Positions 35,502 to 49,832 of a stretch of DNA of 64,000 bases are shown here, in pieces. Position 1 is the stretch's first letter, and each line of letters begins with the position of its first letter. Position numbers and translations under genes: made by a program. Source of the DNA: Podarcis liolepis (Eukaryota). The stretch lies in assembly GCA_965112155.1 (NCBI GenBank), contig OZ218108.1; one strand, written 5' to 3'. The notes under the pieces were generated by a model. It made no database searches. It was not told where the DNA came from and saw only the letters and a program-made list of their open reading frames with translations.

Positions 35502-37104
35502 GTGAGTTCCTGCCCGATGCTGAGCATCCCTTTCATTCTGGGTGCCACTGAAAGGTCCATTGTGGAAAGGTTTCCTGGTTAGGAAGGGGCGGGCTTGTCT
35601 TTGATGCGAGAAAGTCGAGTCTGAGAGCAGCTCAGGAAGTTGTGATGGCGGGACTTTTGAGAACCACTGTCCTTTTAAAACCTGCCTTCTGCAAACTCTT
35701 CTGCAGAATATGATCCTGGCCTTTGTCGGCCATCAGAGTCCTCCTTGCATACTTCCATTTAAATTGCCAGTTTTGCCAACTGCAGGATCTCTGCTTCTGC
35801 TGCCTTGTATCTTAATGCTGTTCCCTTATTCTGGGATGCCAGAGACAGGGCCGGGTGGGGCTGGAGGGGGCTGGAGGGGGCTGGGGCTCCCCTTGGGAAA
35901 ACTGGATCCAGGTCCCCCAGGGAGGCTCAGGGAGCTTGTAGGTTCCTCTGGGCTCATCCTGCCATCCTCAGGAAGGAAGTGGCCTCATTTGCATTTTCTC
36001 ATTTAATTGCTCTCATTAAAGTGCAGAAAAGAAGCCCTCCCGCAGGAAAACTTAAAACTCATTCCCCCAGCACTAGAGCTTGTGGGATGATTAAAGTAAA
36101 CAATCAAAGAAAAACTGCTGTAAATAAGGGAAAACAGTGCTTGAAAGGGGATTATGTCACGAGACTGACAGGAGAGAAGCACTCTCTAATTAATAGAGTT
36201 GGCGAGAATGAGAGAGGCTGAGCACGGCTTGCTGGGAAGTTGCTGGAGGGGAAGGGCGGCGCGGAGCAGAGAGGCTCTTGCTCCAGATTCCAAGCAGGAG
36301 CTGAAGCAACAGGAGGCTCTGCTCTGCATCCCAGGTCCTGGGAGTCTCAGGTGGGGAGAGCCCTCCTGCTGCTGCTGCATTTGCTTCCCAGGAGAGGCAG
36401 CGAAGGATGTCTTGCCGTTGGGAATGTCCTTGCGCTCAGAGCGCTGGGCAGAGGCAGGGAGGTGTAGGTTCCTGGGCACTGGGTAAGTTTATTCCCAGCT
36501 GCTTCCTTATTCTGGCGCATCTTTTAAGGCGGTCTGTAAAACCAGCGGGCTAGTTAGCTGTGCTCCCTGTTGTGCCTCGTTGGTGCTGGGGGTCAGGCAG
36601 AGAGGACTTTCCTGGCAGCATCGGGACCACCTGGCACCGGCCCACTTGCAGCCAGGCTTCTGTATGGTGTGAAGCTCTTTGCTGTGTCATTCTGTTTGGG
36701 ATGGATCATGGGATGGTCTTGCTCATCTTCAGTGCCTATTATGGGTTATGAGTGGGATTCCCCTTCCCCACACACACCTGAGCCTCTCTGCTACATCCTG
36801 AGGCCCCTCTCCACCCCCATAGCGTGGTGCCTCATCCACTCTCTTGAGTCACTTGGAGCCATTTGCTCTGGAGGAAGCATGGGGGGTGGGGGGGAGGAGA
36901 TTTTTGCTCTTGACTTGCGCCCAGTGGCCTGGTTTTTGCAGGGAGGGGTGTGTGTGTTGGAGTGGATGAGCTGCTGCTGCTGCCCGCCCCCAGCACCTCA
37001 GTCACCCTGTGATTTCTGGCACAACAGAGGTTGGGTTGATGCTTGGTAGGAGAAGGGGAGTCTTTTTTGAAGATAAAAGGCACCTTACGCATGTCCTTCC
37101 TTGA

Positions 37105-37473
<369 letters not shown>

Positions 37474-39024
37474 TGATGCTGATGTAAAAATGGGGTTTGG
37501 CTTTTGCTGCCCAACTCCCCTTGGGACTCTGAGTCCCCTAAGTCCATGGTCAGTCAGAGAAGAATGGATGGAGGCAGGATCCAGTGGAAAGCAAGGCGGA
37601 TCTTTATGTTTTCTGTTGCAACAGAGTTCTCTCCGCACCTTCCTAGGGGGGAGAGACCCTGAACAAAAGTGTGCAGGAACCTTTAAAGACTTTTGACACT
37701 GCCCAACCCCCTTAGCCAAAGACCACCCCCAAATCATCATACATACATCACAGAAGGAGGCGGTCTACAGCAGAAATCCTGTCTGCCAGGATGCCTGATA
37801 ATGGCCGCTGATTGCATTACCTGGGTAGTCTTGCCATTCTTTTGTGATGGTTAATCCTTTAGTTCCTGAATCCAGGTCATAGGCTCACCCTATTCACCCA
37901 CAAATACGTCCTTAAGACAGGAAGACAATGGGAAGGCTTTCCCCATTTGCCTCCCTTACTGCAGAGGAATATTTGAGGTCATTGGAAGAGTCAAACTGGC
38001 TTCAGGATTGCTCTCCTGTACTAGTTCAGACACATGGCTTATATATTTAGATGTGTGTGCATTTATAAATATTTATTCTATCTTTGAGACCTTAGAATTC
38101 TTATAACAATGCCAGGGGCCTGCTCTGCCTGAAATGAATCAATTGGTGTTTGCATGCGGTTCTTTTGCAAAGTGGATTTTTGATGTTGCATGCCTGGTAA
38201 TGTAACAATCTCAAAATTGTTTGTGGTGCCGCTCTGTGGTTTTAAAGCAGAGAATGAAACCAAGCAGTGATGTACCAGCCCTTTAAAGTGGGCAGTGAAA
38301 ATGCCTTTTAATCCTTTCAAATCTCCAAGGCCTCAAGAGTTGCAAAATAACACTGATTGGATGTTTTCCCTTACTGTAAAGTAAGTGGGGCTGCTCTAAA
38401 TCTTCATGGGATCCTTTTTACCCACAGAGGGGTGATTCCTAAGGGATCCGATTTATTTCCTGACAGAGCGGCCCTCCTCAGGGCGGATTCCTCTGCCGCC
38501 ATGTTACTCCTCAGGCCTGGGCACCCAATGTGGCCCTTTGGGCATCTCTTTCACACTCTGGACTTTGTGCAGGCCACGCCCCTCTCCCCCTAAGCCACGC
38601 CCCTTCAAGGGCCCTGCTTCACGCCCTTCTCGGGTGCCTTTGCCCGGCTGGAATATGCCTTTGAAGTGTGACGGTGCCTCTCGCTTGCCTGAATGGAAGG
38701 TGGAGCAAAGTGTTTGCAGAAAAAGCATCTTAGCCTTTTGCAGCCTGCTGTCCAAATGTGGTCTGCTCACTTTTGCCCCTGTCATGGCGACCCTGGGAAG
38801 TTGCAGCCCCCGGAGGGAAAACGATTCTGCCCCTGCTGCTTCAATGGATGCAAACCTTTTCACTCTGTTTGTGTGTCCCAACAGACTGTAGGAACGAGTG
38901 GCCCTTTTTTTTGGGGGGGGGAGAAATGTACCTGAGAAGGGGAGCTCCCCTTTAGGCCTGGAAATAGGTAAGGACCACCTTTTGGCCACCCCTGTAACAC
39001 ATCCTCTTCTCCTCCCGCACACAG

Positions 39025-39093
39025 AAAGAGCGATTTGTTAAACTTCTGGACCAGCTGCACAATTCCCTCCGCATCGACCTGTCCATGTACCGG
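39025..39093 (+). CDS. UNC13B: Exon: [23 protein letters not shown]
   Basis: cacacag| acceptor, CGG|gtaaga donor; 69 nt, phase 0-0. Confidence 0.95.
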
Positions 39094-40887
39094 GTAAGAG
39101 CCACACAGAGAGACTGTGAATAGTTCTCGGCACTCGTGACCCCCCCTCCTGAGCCTGCAAGTGCCTCGAGTTCATTATGTCTGCAATCCTCACTGCAGTG
39201 CTGTAAAGTAGGCCAGCCTGATTATCCCCTTGTTGGCCTGGGGGGGGGGCGAGAGAGGCTTGTCTCGGGTTTTTGACTGAGGCAGGGGCTTCGTGGCTCC
39301 CACTGAGTGGAGTCCTGCCAGTCCTTTCTGCTTTCTTAAAAATAAACCAAGGGTAAGAAATGTCTGAGCAGACAAAGGCTGGCTGGCTGGGTGGGGAGCT
39401 GTCCTTCCGCTTTCCAACTCAGAAATCCTCCTGTGGGAGGAGGACACTTCAGAATTTAAAAATGGAGTGTAATAGTGACCTTTTGCAGAGTTGTCGTGCT
39501 CCCATCTAAATTAGCAAAGATTGGGAACAGGCTTTGCAGCTTGATAGCCCCTCTCCAAAAGACGGGGTGGGGAGGGGAGCCGCGCTCTTGCCTGCAGCTT
39601 CTGCGCTAGGAACCATGGTCAGTGCATCTGCCCAGGCAAATCCAGCATCACTGCGCCCCTGCCAGGAAAGCCCAGCCTATAACACTCAGGATTCGGTTTG
39701 GAAGGCTCTTAGTTAGGATCCCTTGACGGGTGTTTCCACTGGGCTCAGCTGAATGGCATCAACTAAAGCAAGCCTCTTTGCCAATTATTTTCTCTTTATC
39801 CCCTTAAAGGTGACCTTAGGAGGACTATGATACCTAGATTGGGTCTTTATCGTGTTTTGGATAGCCTCTATTCCCATTATTATTGCTATAGCAATGCAGA
39901 GCATGCTGCCATTCAATGGCAGGGAGAGTTTCTCCTCCTTGCGCTCAAGCAGAGAGAGCTGCTCTGCTTTGGTATACAGCCAGTTCGGCACGTGGTGACA
40001 ATGTTGAGAGTTTCAGTTTCATTTTTGCAGTTTGGGGTTCTGCATAGCAATAAACAAAAAAGAATGTGCACCGCCATTGGCTAGAAACAGCGCGAGGAAA
40101 TGGCCTTTGGGAATGGTGTAATTATACGATGTAGAATAATACCGCTCGTTATGGTGGGGGGGGGGGAATAGCTAATCCTTGGATGAGATGCCGGTTCATT
40201 CTGCTGCCAAAAATAGTAGCCTAGTGTGAGCTGCAGTGAAATGTAATTAGATCTAATTTGTAATGATAAGACTCTGTTGCATAAATGGGCTCCTAATTGA
40301 TTGTCCCCAAAGTGCAGCTGACGTTCTGTCTTGGGGAGCGAAGCCCTTCCACATTCATTAAAGGTGTCTTCTGCCCTGGAAACGTCAACAAGGGGGGAGG
40401 GCAGCTCCGGCTCAGAAGCCAGCAGGGCCAGAAGCATCCAGAGAGGTTTCTTCCTTGTTGCCTTGGCTCTTGCTCACAGCCAACTTTTAAAAGGAAGCAT
40501 CCGACCTGTTTCCTGACGTTTATCGTTCTGAGGATGCCTTAACACAGAGTGGACCAAGCATGTGGCTGTTGGGTGAACTGGTATCATTGTTGTGACCAGG
40601 GACATCCTGCACTGAGGGGGAAGTCTCCCTTCCTTGTGCCCCTCCCTGCCGCCCCTCATCCCAGTCTCATTTTACTATAACCAGTTTTTCCTGTCAGGTT
40701 AGACTCATGCAGGGATGTGGTCTTCCAAGTGATGTGAAGCTCCCATCAGCACCAGCCACCAAAACCAGTAGACAGCAATGATGGGAAGTCCCCAAAACAC
40801 CTGGAAGGTCACAGGTTCTCCACCTTCGGAAGACCCTCCTGTGCCTGTTTGGGCCACTGAGCTGGGTGTTTGTCCCTGGGTGTTTGA

Positions 40888-41238
<351 letters not shown>

Positions 41239-42241
41239 TGACGCTTTCCCTGCAAAAACTCGCTCTTTAATGCTCAGTTGGAGCAAACAGCAGTTCAGGT
41301 TTTCTGCAGATTGCCATTTGCTCCAGTTGAGCTTCAAAGAGTAGGTTTTTCATGGGCAAAGCTCCGGAGCAAAAAAGGGTGCTCCTCAGACATGGAGCTT
41401 TAAAATGCAGACTGTGCCTGGAAAGAGCGGAGAAATGTCAAGTGTGGAGAAGCCTTCAGCCTCCTAGTCCAAGGAGAGGTCAGCCTTTGCCTCCGAATGC
41501 AAGATCTCTCCTCCATCCTTCCAGCAAGTGGAGATTCTGCTGCAGGTCCCAACTGAGTTGTTATCGCATCTCGCTCACTGATGTGGCTATGAACTTTCCC
41601 GTGTGCTTATCTGACAGCCTTATTCATTTGCCAATTAATTAAATGCTGTTTATTTGTAAATATCCCTGGAAACAAAGTTAAGTACTGGAACAAAACAATT
41701 CATTTTACAGGAACAAGAAGCCCATTATTCACAGTGAAGGCTGCTGATTGGTAATGAAATCTGCCTTTGTGCTTTTCCAGCTAACGGGGAAGCCAAGTGA
41801 TGATTTCTGACACCCGTAAAGCTATTACTGCTTCGATGTGAGTGCTGGTGCAGGAAGCAGCAGGAACACCTGTTTGTTTTATCTGAACAAACAGGCTTAT
41901 TCTGCTCCTGGAACATCAATACCTGTGCTGTCAAGTTCTTTTTCAGGCCAGGTGTCTGAGTTTGTTTTGACTGCTGCAGAAATTCAGAATAAATGTTCTG
42001 TAATGGTTGTTTTCCTCTGTTTGCAAATGTTCTGAGAAGCTGCATCTAAGGTTTTCCCTCTTCCAAAAACTCTGGTTTTTAAAGCTGCGGGGGTCCTGTG
42101 CATTCTCCAGGGCAGCAGGTTTCTAACACCCTTTGTAGGCAACAAAGCCTTGGCGATCTGACTGCCAGCCTCAGAGGCATCGCGACTTGTGGCACTTGCG
42201 GCTTCTCTCTCCCTCCCACCCTCTCCTGCCTTCCTTTCCAG

Positions 42242-42376
42242 GTCCAGGAATTGCAGAGCCCTCCTCGCGCCAGTCAGGTGGTGAAGGATTGTGTCAAAGC
42301 CTGCCTCAACTCAACGTACGAGTACATCTTCAACAACTGCCAGGATTTGTACAGCCGCGAATACCAGACAGACCCT
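42242..42376 (+). CDS. UNC13B: Exon: [45 protein letters not shown]
   Basis: tttccag| acceptor, CCT|gtgagt donor; 135 nt, phase 0-0. Confidence 0.96.
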
Positions 42377-42995
42377 GTGAGTCGAGGGTGACAATAGCAT
42401 TTGTATTCCACTTCAGCTGGAAAGCCCCCCCAGAGTGGCTTAGTAAGGGGTCAGAGTGTCTCTGCCCTTAGGCCCAGGCTTCCTTTTGTGGCACACGTTC
42501 CAGGCTCAGTCCACGCTTTAAAGCTCAGCGTCAGAGCATCCCCTGCTAGCGCTCGCCCCAGGAAAACCCGTCTTTTACCGCTGAATCGGAGCAAATGGCA
42601 ACCCACAGAAAAACCAGTTATCGTTGCTCCGATTCAGCGGCAAAACACGGGGGTTTCCCCTAGAAAGTGCCGGGGGGGGGGAGGCACACACTTGGAGAAA
42701 GAGCTTTAAAGCCCCGGCCTGTGCCTAGAAATGCAGCATGAAAAGCAGACTGGATGAAGCTTAAGAAACACGACCGGGAGGGTGGGAGGGAGAAGGAAAA
42801 GGGAAGCCCAGATCTCAGCTGCAGAGTTCTGAAAATGAGAAATGTGGAGAGCAACGGCACCAACTCCAGGGAGCCCTGTGGGCCCAGGAACCCACAATGT
42901 TTTTGCTCTGGGTGCCCGGCTTCCCTCTTGCGCTCTGGCAGAAGGCGCAGGCCCTGGCCCAGTTGCCCATCTGGTGCCCTTTGCTTTTCCTCTAG

Positions 42996-43129
42996 AACAA
43001 AGCTCAGGACATGCCGCCTGAGGAGCAAGGCCCCAGCATCAAGAACCTGGACTTCTGGCCCAAGCTCATCACCCTCATTGTCTCCATTGTCGAAGAGGAC
43101 AAGAACTCCTATGCCCCCGTCCTGAACCA
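42996..43129 (+). CDS. UNC13B: Exon: [44 protein letters not shown](Q)
   Basis: cctctag| acceptor, CA|gtaaga donor; 134 nt, phase 0-2. Confidence 0.95.
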
Positions 43130-43621
43130 GTAAGAGCCCCTCTTGCTTTGCTGCCAGAAGCAGACTCCGTGAGCCGGCCGGATTCGCTTTGCCTGCCTGT
43201 CTTTTCTGCCTTTCTGTCTGTCTTTTGGGGGTGACACTCTTTCGATGGTGTTCCCACTCACACCCCTGCAGTGTTAGAGCTCAGATACTCTCCTGGCGAG
43301 TGGGGTGAGAGCAGCTCCTCTTTGGGCTGGCCTTCCAGGTGCCTTTTTCTCTGCTGCCCCCCCCCCGAGCTCTGTGTGGATGTTAGGTCTAAGCGGGGCT
43401 GGGGGAGGGGCTGCGTGCGTAGGGCAAGTGAATAACACAGCAAGGTTGTCAAGGGAGCAAGAAGGACAGGATGTAGCCCAGGGGACTCTCACTCAACCCA
43501 GGAATTTGTGATAATTCGGGAGACAGACCTCATTGGCCAAAGGTTACGGGATCCTACAGAATCCTTCTTGGCAGCGTCTTCTGAGAGTGATCCACCGTCA
43601 GGGATCTTCCCTTCCCTTTAG

Positions 43622-43707
43622 GTTTCCTCAGGAGCTGGCTGTTGGGAAGATCAGCGCCGAAGTCATGTGGAACCTCTTTGCTCAGGATATGAAATACGCC
43701 ATGGAAG
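43622..43707 (+). CDS. UNC13B: Exon: [28 protein letters not shown]
   Basis: cctttag| acceptor, GAAG|gtaggt donor; 86 nt, phase 2-1. Confidence 0.96.
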
Positions 43708-45448
43708 GTAGGTGGCTGGTCTTGGCATTCCTTACTGCTGCAGAGGGTTTGACAAAAGCGGTTCCTGGCCTTTGGCCCAGGTGTTTTGCAGGAGGTCTTG
43801 CTCCCTGCTGATGAGCACATTTGCCAGGGGCCGGCAGTGGGCTGGAGCGGCTGCTTTTAGTGCCTTTTGATTTCCAGGAGGCTCTTGTTGAGGCTCCCAA
43901 CCAGCCATAAATGACATGGGAGCTTTCCCTGCCCTGCTCCAGCGAGGCTCCCATGGGCTGTGCCTTCCAGCTTCTTGCTCGGCAACTGACCAGTCACGTT
44001 CCGCTTGGGTCAAAGCCTTGCAAAAGCCGGCTGTCCTCTAATCAAATTACTTCTCCATGATGCTGCAGCCGGAATCCCTGAGCTCTGTGCCGTGTTCTGC
44101 AGGAGCTGCCAAAAGCTCCCGGGGGAGTTTCTGAGGCCACCCAAGGAAGCCTTGCCAGCGCTGCTCTGCCAGCTCAGCGCCGCTGTCGCTTCTTGGAATG
44201 GAGCTTGGCATCCCTCGCCCCGTCAGGAGACTGAGGACTGGCCTTCCTCCTGCACCAGGCGAGAAGCTGCCAAGCCCTAAGAGCAGCCGCTGGCTCTGTC
44301 CTCTCTGGGCACAATCACCTTCCCATTCTCTCTCCCCCTGGACAGAGGGCAACATCTCTCTGCCCTTGGCCCCTGAATTCACGCAGCTGGAGGACACGAA
44401 CTCCCTGCTCCCCTGGATTTGCGCTGTGGGCTGGTACCTGAGTGGAGCAGGGCAAAGAGGGTGACCCACAGTTCATGGCATGTTTCTGTGGACCTTCTTC
44501 TTGGGTCTCTGCTTCTCCTGCTCTTTGGCATCCTGGGATGTGGGGCAGGGGAGAGGGCTGCTTGCCCCCACCTCTAACCCAGACCTGTTGCTGACGTCCA
44601 CTTTTTCTTTGCCCCTTCTCACTGAAAGGTTTGCTCTACACTTTTATATATACGGCATGCTTTTTTTTAATGTATGCTTTTTTAAATGGAAGCAGTGCTT
44701 GCGGTGGGGCTGGGGCCATCGCGATGGTCGGAGAGTCCTGTTGGTTGCTCCTCTCTGCACAGCCATCTGGGGAGACAGGAAGGGGGATCAGCCACATCCT
44801 GCACAGCCAGCTTTGGCTGGGAACAGAACCAGCCTCTCCTGAGCTCCAGTGCCTGGAGGAGGCTTGCAGAGCTGGCCAGACAGGGCTGACCACTGATCCA
44901 CTGCAAACTCCCCACTCCAAACTCTCTTTGCCACCTAAATGAGCCACTAGTCTCTGGGGAGCATTTGGGGGTGGCATTCCTACTCTGGGTGTTACCTTAA
45001 ATGATCAGAGCATTAGAAAAATCCGGGCACCTGAGGTTACTTTGCTCAAGGTGAGGGATCAAACCAGCAGGAAGACTACATGGCATGGATCCTGCCATTA
45101 GATACTCCTCCCCACCCTGCGATATCCTGGCAACATGCATGCTCATTTGAGTAATGATTATCCCAGGCCTCCAGCTCCTGTTTATGCAAAACACAATGGG
45201 GGGGGGGGAGGAGAGGGGGAAAGGGGCCAGGCGGTTAACTGCACTGAGCCATGGTGAAGCGTCCTTCTGTGGGTTTGATTTTTCAGCCTTTAAAGCCGTT
45301 GCTGCCTTTGCTCCCTTTTCAATGCTCTGGGTTTGAGCATGATGCATTTTGATCATGGCTAATAGGCACAGGGGATGTGATCTGTGTTTCAAGATGTCGC
45401 TTCAGGTAATTAGCATCCAATTGGTTCTGACACCTCGAAGAGCAGGAG

Positions 45449-45450
<2 letters not shown>

Positions 45451-45482
<32 letters not shown>
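45451..45482. repeat. (CA)n microsatellite
   Basis: Perfect AC run. Confidence 0.95.
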
Positions 45483-45484
<2 letters not shown>

Positions 45485-46744
45485 CTGGGATTTTGTCCTC
45501 CCTCTGCTGCAGTTCTGCTGTGAAGCGGAGCTCTTCCTTAGGAGCGCAAGTGGGACTCTTCCATCTCCTGTGTTTTGGTGGGCTAAGCCTCTTCCCTCTG
45601 GGCTCCTAATAATGTCTGGCCTGTGTGTGCTTTTTGTCTCACCCCCTTGCTCATCTCTTAAGTTCTGGATAGAATGAGCACCCTCAAGGCATCACGTGGT
45701 AAGAGCCTTCCTTGTGGTGACCCTTCTGAATGTTCGGCTAAAGACCTTTCCTCTCCATAGTGAGAATAATAGCACATAGCCTCCCCCCCCACCCCCCCCT
45801 GTGGTCTTCCATGTTAACAGATGTAGAACGTGAAGGGAGAGATCCAGAGGGTGGCAACAGGAGAACGGGGCCTTTTCTGCGGTGGCTCCCCACTCTCTCC
45901 AGGGAGGCTTACCCGTTACCTATCTTTAGATGCCAGGCAAAAACACCCCTCTTCTTGCAGAAACAATCTGTAGCCCTTTAAACTGGGGGGTGGGTATGCT
46001 TTCGGTTTGTCTTGTGCTTCTATTTTGCAAACAGCCCTGTCATCCTCGAACGAAGGGCAGCGTAGAAATTTAAATAATAATCATAAAGACGTGAAGGGTC
46101 CTTCTGAGCATCTCTCCCTAGAGGAGCGATTCCTGGTGAGGATGGGAGCCAACTGGAGGCCTCATATAGAGTGCCTTCTCTTTCTCTGGGCGGGAGCCCT
46201 CTCGCCTTGCTCCGCTTCTGACATGGATAGACAGGAGGACTGGCAGCTTTTTGGAGTTGGGAGTCAGGGAGGGCTGTGTGAACATGGGTGGTTGGTTCAC
46301 TCCTGCCTTTTCTCTGTCCAAAGCCCCACCTATATTTCGCATCCGCATGGTCCTCTTCCAGGGCGGTAAGAGCCTTTTTTATTTCTCCCTGACTTTATTC
46401 TAGTTTAGCAGGTTCCCACCCCCCTCCCAGGCTGTGCATAGATCACAAACCCCTAAGTGATGCTTAGTTTGCAGAGCAGACACGTCTGCCTGAGCCCCTT
46501 TCCATGGCAGGCCGGTGGCGGCAGGAAGCAGCTTGTGTGTGTGTCGCTCCCCCCTGCAGAAAACCCCGCCTGCTGCTCCTCTGCTCTGCGTGCGCTTTCC
46601 CTCCCAGCTTCTTCTCAGGTGCCAGGCACTGTAGGGCCTTCTCCTGGCCCACCCTCCTTCCAGAGAGCCTCACTGGGAGAGCTCCACTGCTTGGCTGTGT
46701 CCATGCGAAGCTGTCCTGGTTTTGTGTTTTCATTTCCAATCACA

Positions 46745-46955
46745 ATTCAAAGCGTTGGAGCTGACCTTTAAAGCCCTAAACGGCTTCAGTCCAGTATACC
46801 TGAAGGAGCATCTCCACCCCCATCGTTCAGCCCGGACACTGAGGTCCAGCTCCGAGGGCCTTCTGGCAGTTCCCTCACTGCAAGAAGCAAGGTTACAGGG
46901 AACCAGGCAGAGGGCCTTCTCGGTGGTGGCGCCCGCCCTGTGGAACGCCCTCCCA
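46745..46955 (+). mobile_element. L2-type LINE fragment (same family as 30928-31290)
   Basis: Direct similarity to the 30935-31100 segment; peptide FKALELTFKALNGFSPVYLKEHLHPH...RAFSVVAPALWNALP. Confidence 0.85.
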
Positions 46956-47242
46956 TTGGCTCTGTTTGCCCTGGATATTATCAAGTGGGGCTCAGTGGCA
47001 TTTACCAGCAATTTTAAAGGAATTAGGCAGCCCAAGGATAGAAAAGTTTCCGCCAGGATAGTTGGCGTTTTTTGCGTTGAGACAAGTGTCATGGAAACAT
47101 TCTGGAAGCGAAGGTGCCAAAAGCTGAAGGCCCTGCGTTGGCTTCGAAGTCTCGTCTCTCCGCGTCCTGAAGTCTTAAGATGGGCTGGGAGAGCCAGACA
47201 GCAAGAGGCCTGAGCCCAGGAAAAACCCACAGGGAGCCTCGA

Positions 47243-47500
47243 GGAGCCAGTGTGGTGTAGTGGTTAAGAGCGGTAGTCACGTAATCTGGGGAACCGGGTT
47301 CGCGTCTCCGCTCCTCCACATGCAGCTGCTGGGTGACCTTGGGCCAGTCACACTTCTGTGAAGCCTCTCAGCCCCACTCACCTCACAGAGTGTTTGTTGT
47401 GGGGGAGGAAGGGAAAGGAGAATGTGAGCCGCTTTGAGACTCCTGAAGGGGAGTGAAAGGCGGGATATCAAATCCAAACTCCTCTTCTTCTTCATCATCA
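47243..47500 (+). mobile_element. tRNA-derived SINE (Squam1-like)
   Basis: Box A TGGTGTAGTGGT, box B GGTTCGCGTCT, core gggtgaccttgggccagtcac, L2-like tail gagccgctttgag, (CTT)n end. Confidence 0.85.
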
Positions 47501-47790
47501 CACACACGGAGGAGACAAAGAGCCTGAGTGTTTCCTGTTCTCTTCAGAAGTCTTGTGGTCCTGAGCAGTAAGGGTGAAAACGGTGTCCTGAGCCTAAGGT
47601 GTGGGGAGGAATGCAAAGGTCTTCTTCAGCTGCTGGGAATTCCCTCAAGGGGTCTTGGGAATGCCCTCCATGCTGTGGGGTGCTCCTTCTGATTGGTGTT
47701 GGCAGAACAGGAAAAGGTGGGCAGGGGATTTGTTCCAATTACTTAAACCTGATTAATGTAAAATGAGACTGAGGCTAGTGATGGAATTTA

Positions 47791-47956
47791 CCCTATTTTT
47801 CCGTCTATAAGACGCCCCCATGTATAAAATGCCCCCCATTTTGGGGAACTCCGACTTAAGAAAATGGGGGGAGAGCTATATGTGTATAAGACGCCCCCAC
47901 ATTTTGGAAATTATTTTTTAGGGGGAAAACCTAGTCTTATACACGGAAAAATATGG
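47791..47956. mobile_element. Tc1/mariner-superfamily MITE, 166 bp
   Basis: TIRs CCCTATTTTTCCGTCTATAAGAC / GTCTTATACACGGAAAAATATGG (21/23); TA on both sides. Confidence 0.9.
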
Positions 47957-49705
47957 TACATTGGTCCTACAATTATTCTGTAGCAGAAGACCTCTTGCTT
48001 TCAGGAAGGTGGCTTCCTCTTACCAAATGTCTGGGGATCTCCTCGCGTCTTCAGGCTTAAATGGGTATCCAGGTGACCTCCTTTCTTTCTCTTTCTCTCC
48101 CCCAATAAGTCTTAATTACTGGCCCTTGCCCTCCTTGAGTGCTAATAAAACCCTCCTGCTGTCTGAAGTGGGACGCAGAATTGCTCTGCGCTTGCTTTCA
48201 ATAAAGCCCCTTTCGCCTGGGGGCTTTCGGGATCTTGGACCAACCTTGCAAATGCCTGGCAAACGACCTGCTGTTGGGGATTCCAGGACATGGACGCTTC
48301 CCTGGCCGCTTGTGCTGAAGAGAACGAGAGGGGCGCCCTGGCCAGGATCATCAGCGCCAGAGGATGGTGGCACATCCTGCTGCCCCTCATTGCCCAGAGA
48401 ATGCACAGCTCTGCCCCTGGGAGGGAAGCAATGGCTTCAGCCACACAGTTAGGACCTGCAGATCCTCAGGTAGCTTGAAAGAGTTAGATCTGCCCGTGCC
48501 TCGGATGTGCCATCGAGTCTAAAGGCTGCTGCTGGCCTCCTGGGCTTGGCCTGCGCTTGGATGGGGGACAGGCCAGGAGCCCCCCATGCTGCTGTCCTGA
48601 GCTCATGCAGAAGATTGGGGGAGGTCCGTTTCACCTGGGGGGGGAGCCCAGGAGCCACTGGCCCTCGGCGAGGAGAGCAGAAGCTCCCTGGGCCTTGTGG
48701 TTGCAGCGTGTGGGTCACTTCTTGGCAAAAGGTGCCACTCAACCTGGAGAGCACCCAGCTGTCTGCCAGAGAAGGGGGTGGACAGGAGGGACTTTGGAAA
48801 AAGAGAAGAGGAGAAATCTGTGCTTGAGGCGAGAAGGCTGGAGACGACTGACCTGGGGCAAGATGGAGGCATCATGCGCCCCAATGGCCTTGTGGGAAGT
48901 GTCTCTCTTGTCACCTGGGCAGGCGGGCAGAGCAGCCTGTCTTAAACTTTTAGATCTGTATCCCACTTTTCCTCCACGATGGAACTCGAGGCAAAGTCAC
49001 GGGGCTCCCCGCTGGTCTCCCATCCAGCACCAGACCAGACCCAGAGCTGCCCAGCTTCAGCAAGGCAGCTGCTTCATGCCCTTTCGAACCGGACCTGGCG
49101 ACCTCTGTGGAGCAGGCAAATGCTTCTCCCGGCTGGTTCAGGAAGCTGCATGCGCTGGATTTGGAAGCTCGTTTTCGAGAGGCTGGAGGAGCCTGGAAAT
49201 CCAGGAGGCCAAACCCAGTGCGGCCTCCCCCAATTCCTTCTGGTTTGCCCAAGGACTGGGCTGGCTTGTGTGAGACGTGGGGCAGAGGCCCCTCCAGAAT
49301 ACTCTCTAGCACGGGGGGCTGCTTTTGTTTCTAGGGCTTTGCTTTGTGCTTCCAGCTCTAGGAGATGTGGAGCATCTTAGGAGGAGGACCAGCCCTAAGA
49401 AGCTGTTCTCCTCTCATTGCCATGGCAACCAGAAACTCTTCCCTTCTATTTTTGAAGTGCTGTGTGGAAAATCAGCTCCGGGCCCCAACCGGATGAACTA
49501 CCGTGCCCTGCGATCGTTAGCAGGATCCCAGGTTGCGGGGATTTCGTGGGTTTTGGACCGTGTGGCAGGGCGTTCTGCCCTGCGGATGTGCGGAGGCTCC
49601 TGTTTTTGTGGCAGGTTGCTGGGAAAGGAGCCGACTGAATTACTCACCTGACAGCATTCTCGTTCCTTCTCCCTCTCTCCTCCTCTCTCTCCACCTTCCT
49701 CACAG

Positions 49706-49832
49706 AACACGAGAAGCACCGGCTGTGCAAAAGCGCCGACTACATGAACTTGCACTTCAAAGTGAAGTGGCTCTACAACGAGTATGTCTGCAGCCTGCCA
49801 GCCTTCTCCGGGAAAATACCTGAGTACCCTGC
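49706..49832 (+). CDS. UNC13B: Exon: [41 protein letters not shown]
   Basis: ctcacag| acceptor, GC|gtaagt donor; 127 nt, phase 1-2. Confidence 0.96.

Noticed and set aside
47243-47320. tRNA gene-like sequences here and at 56200-56276
   Set aside because: Both are SINE heads fused to LINE-derived tails, with degenerate stems
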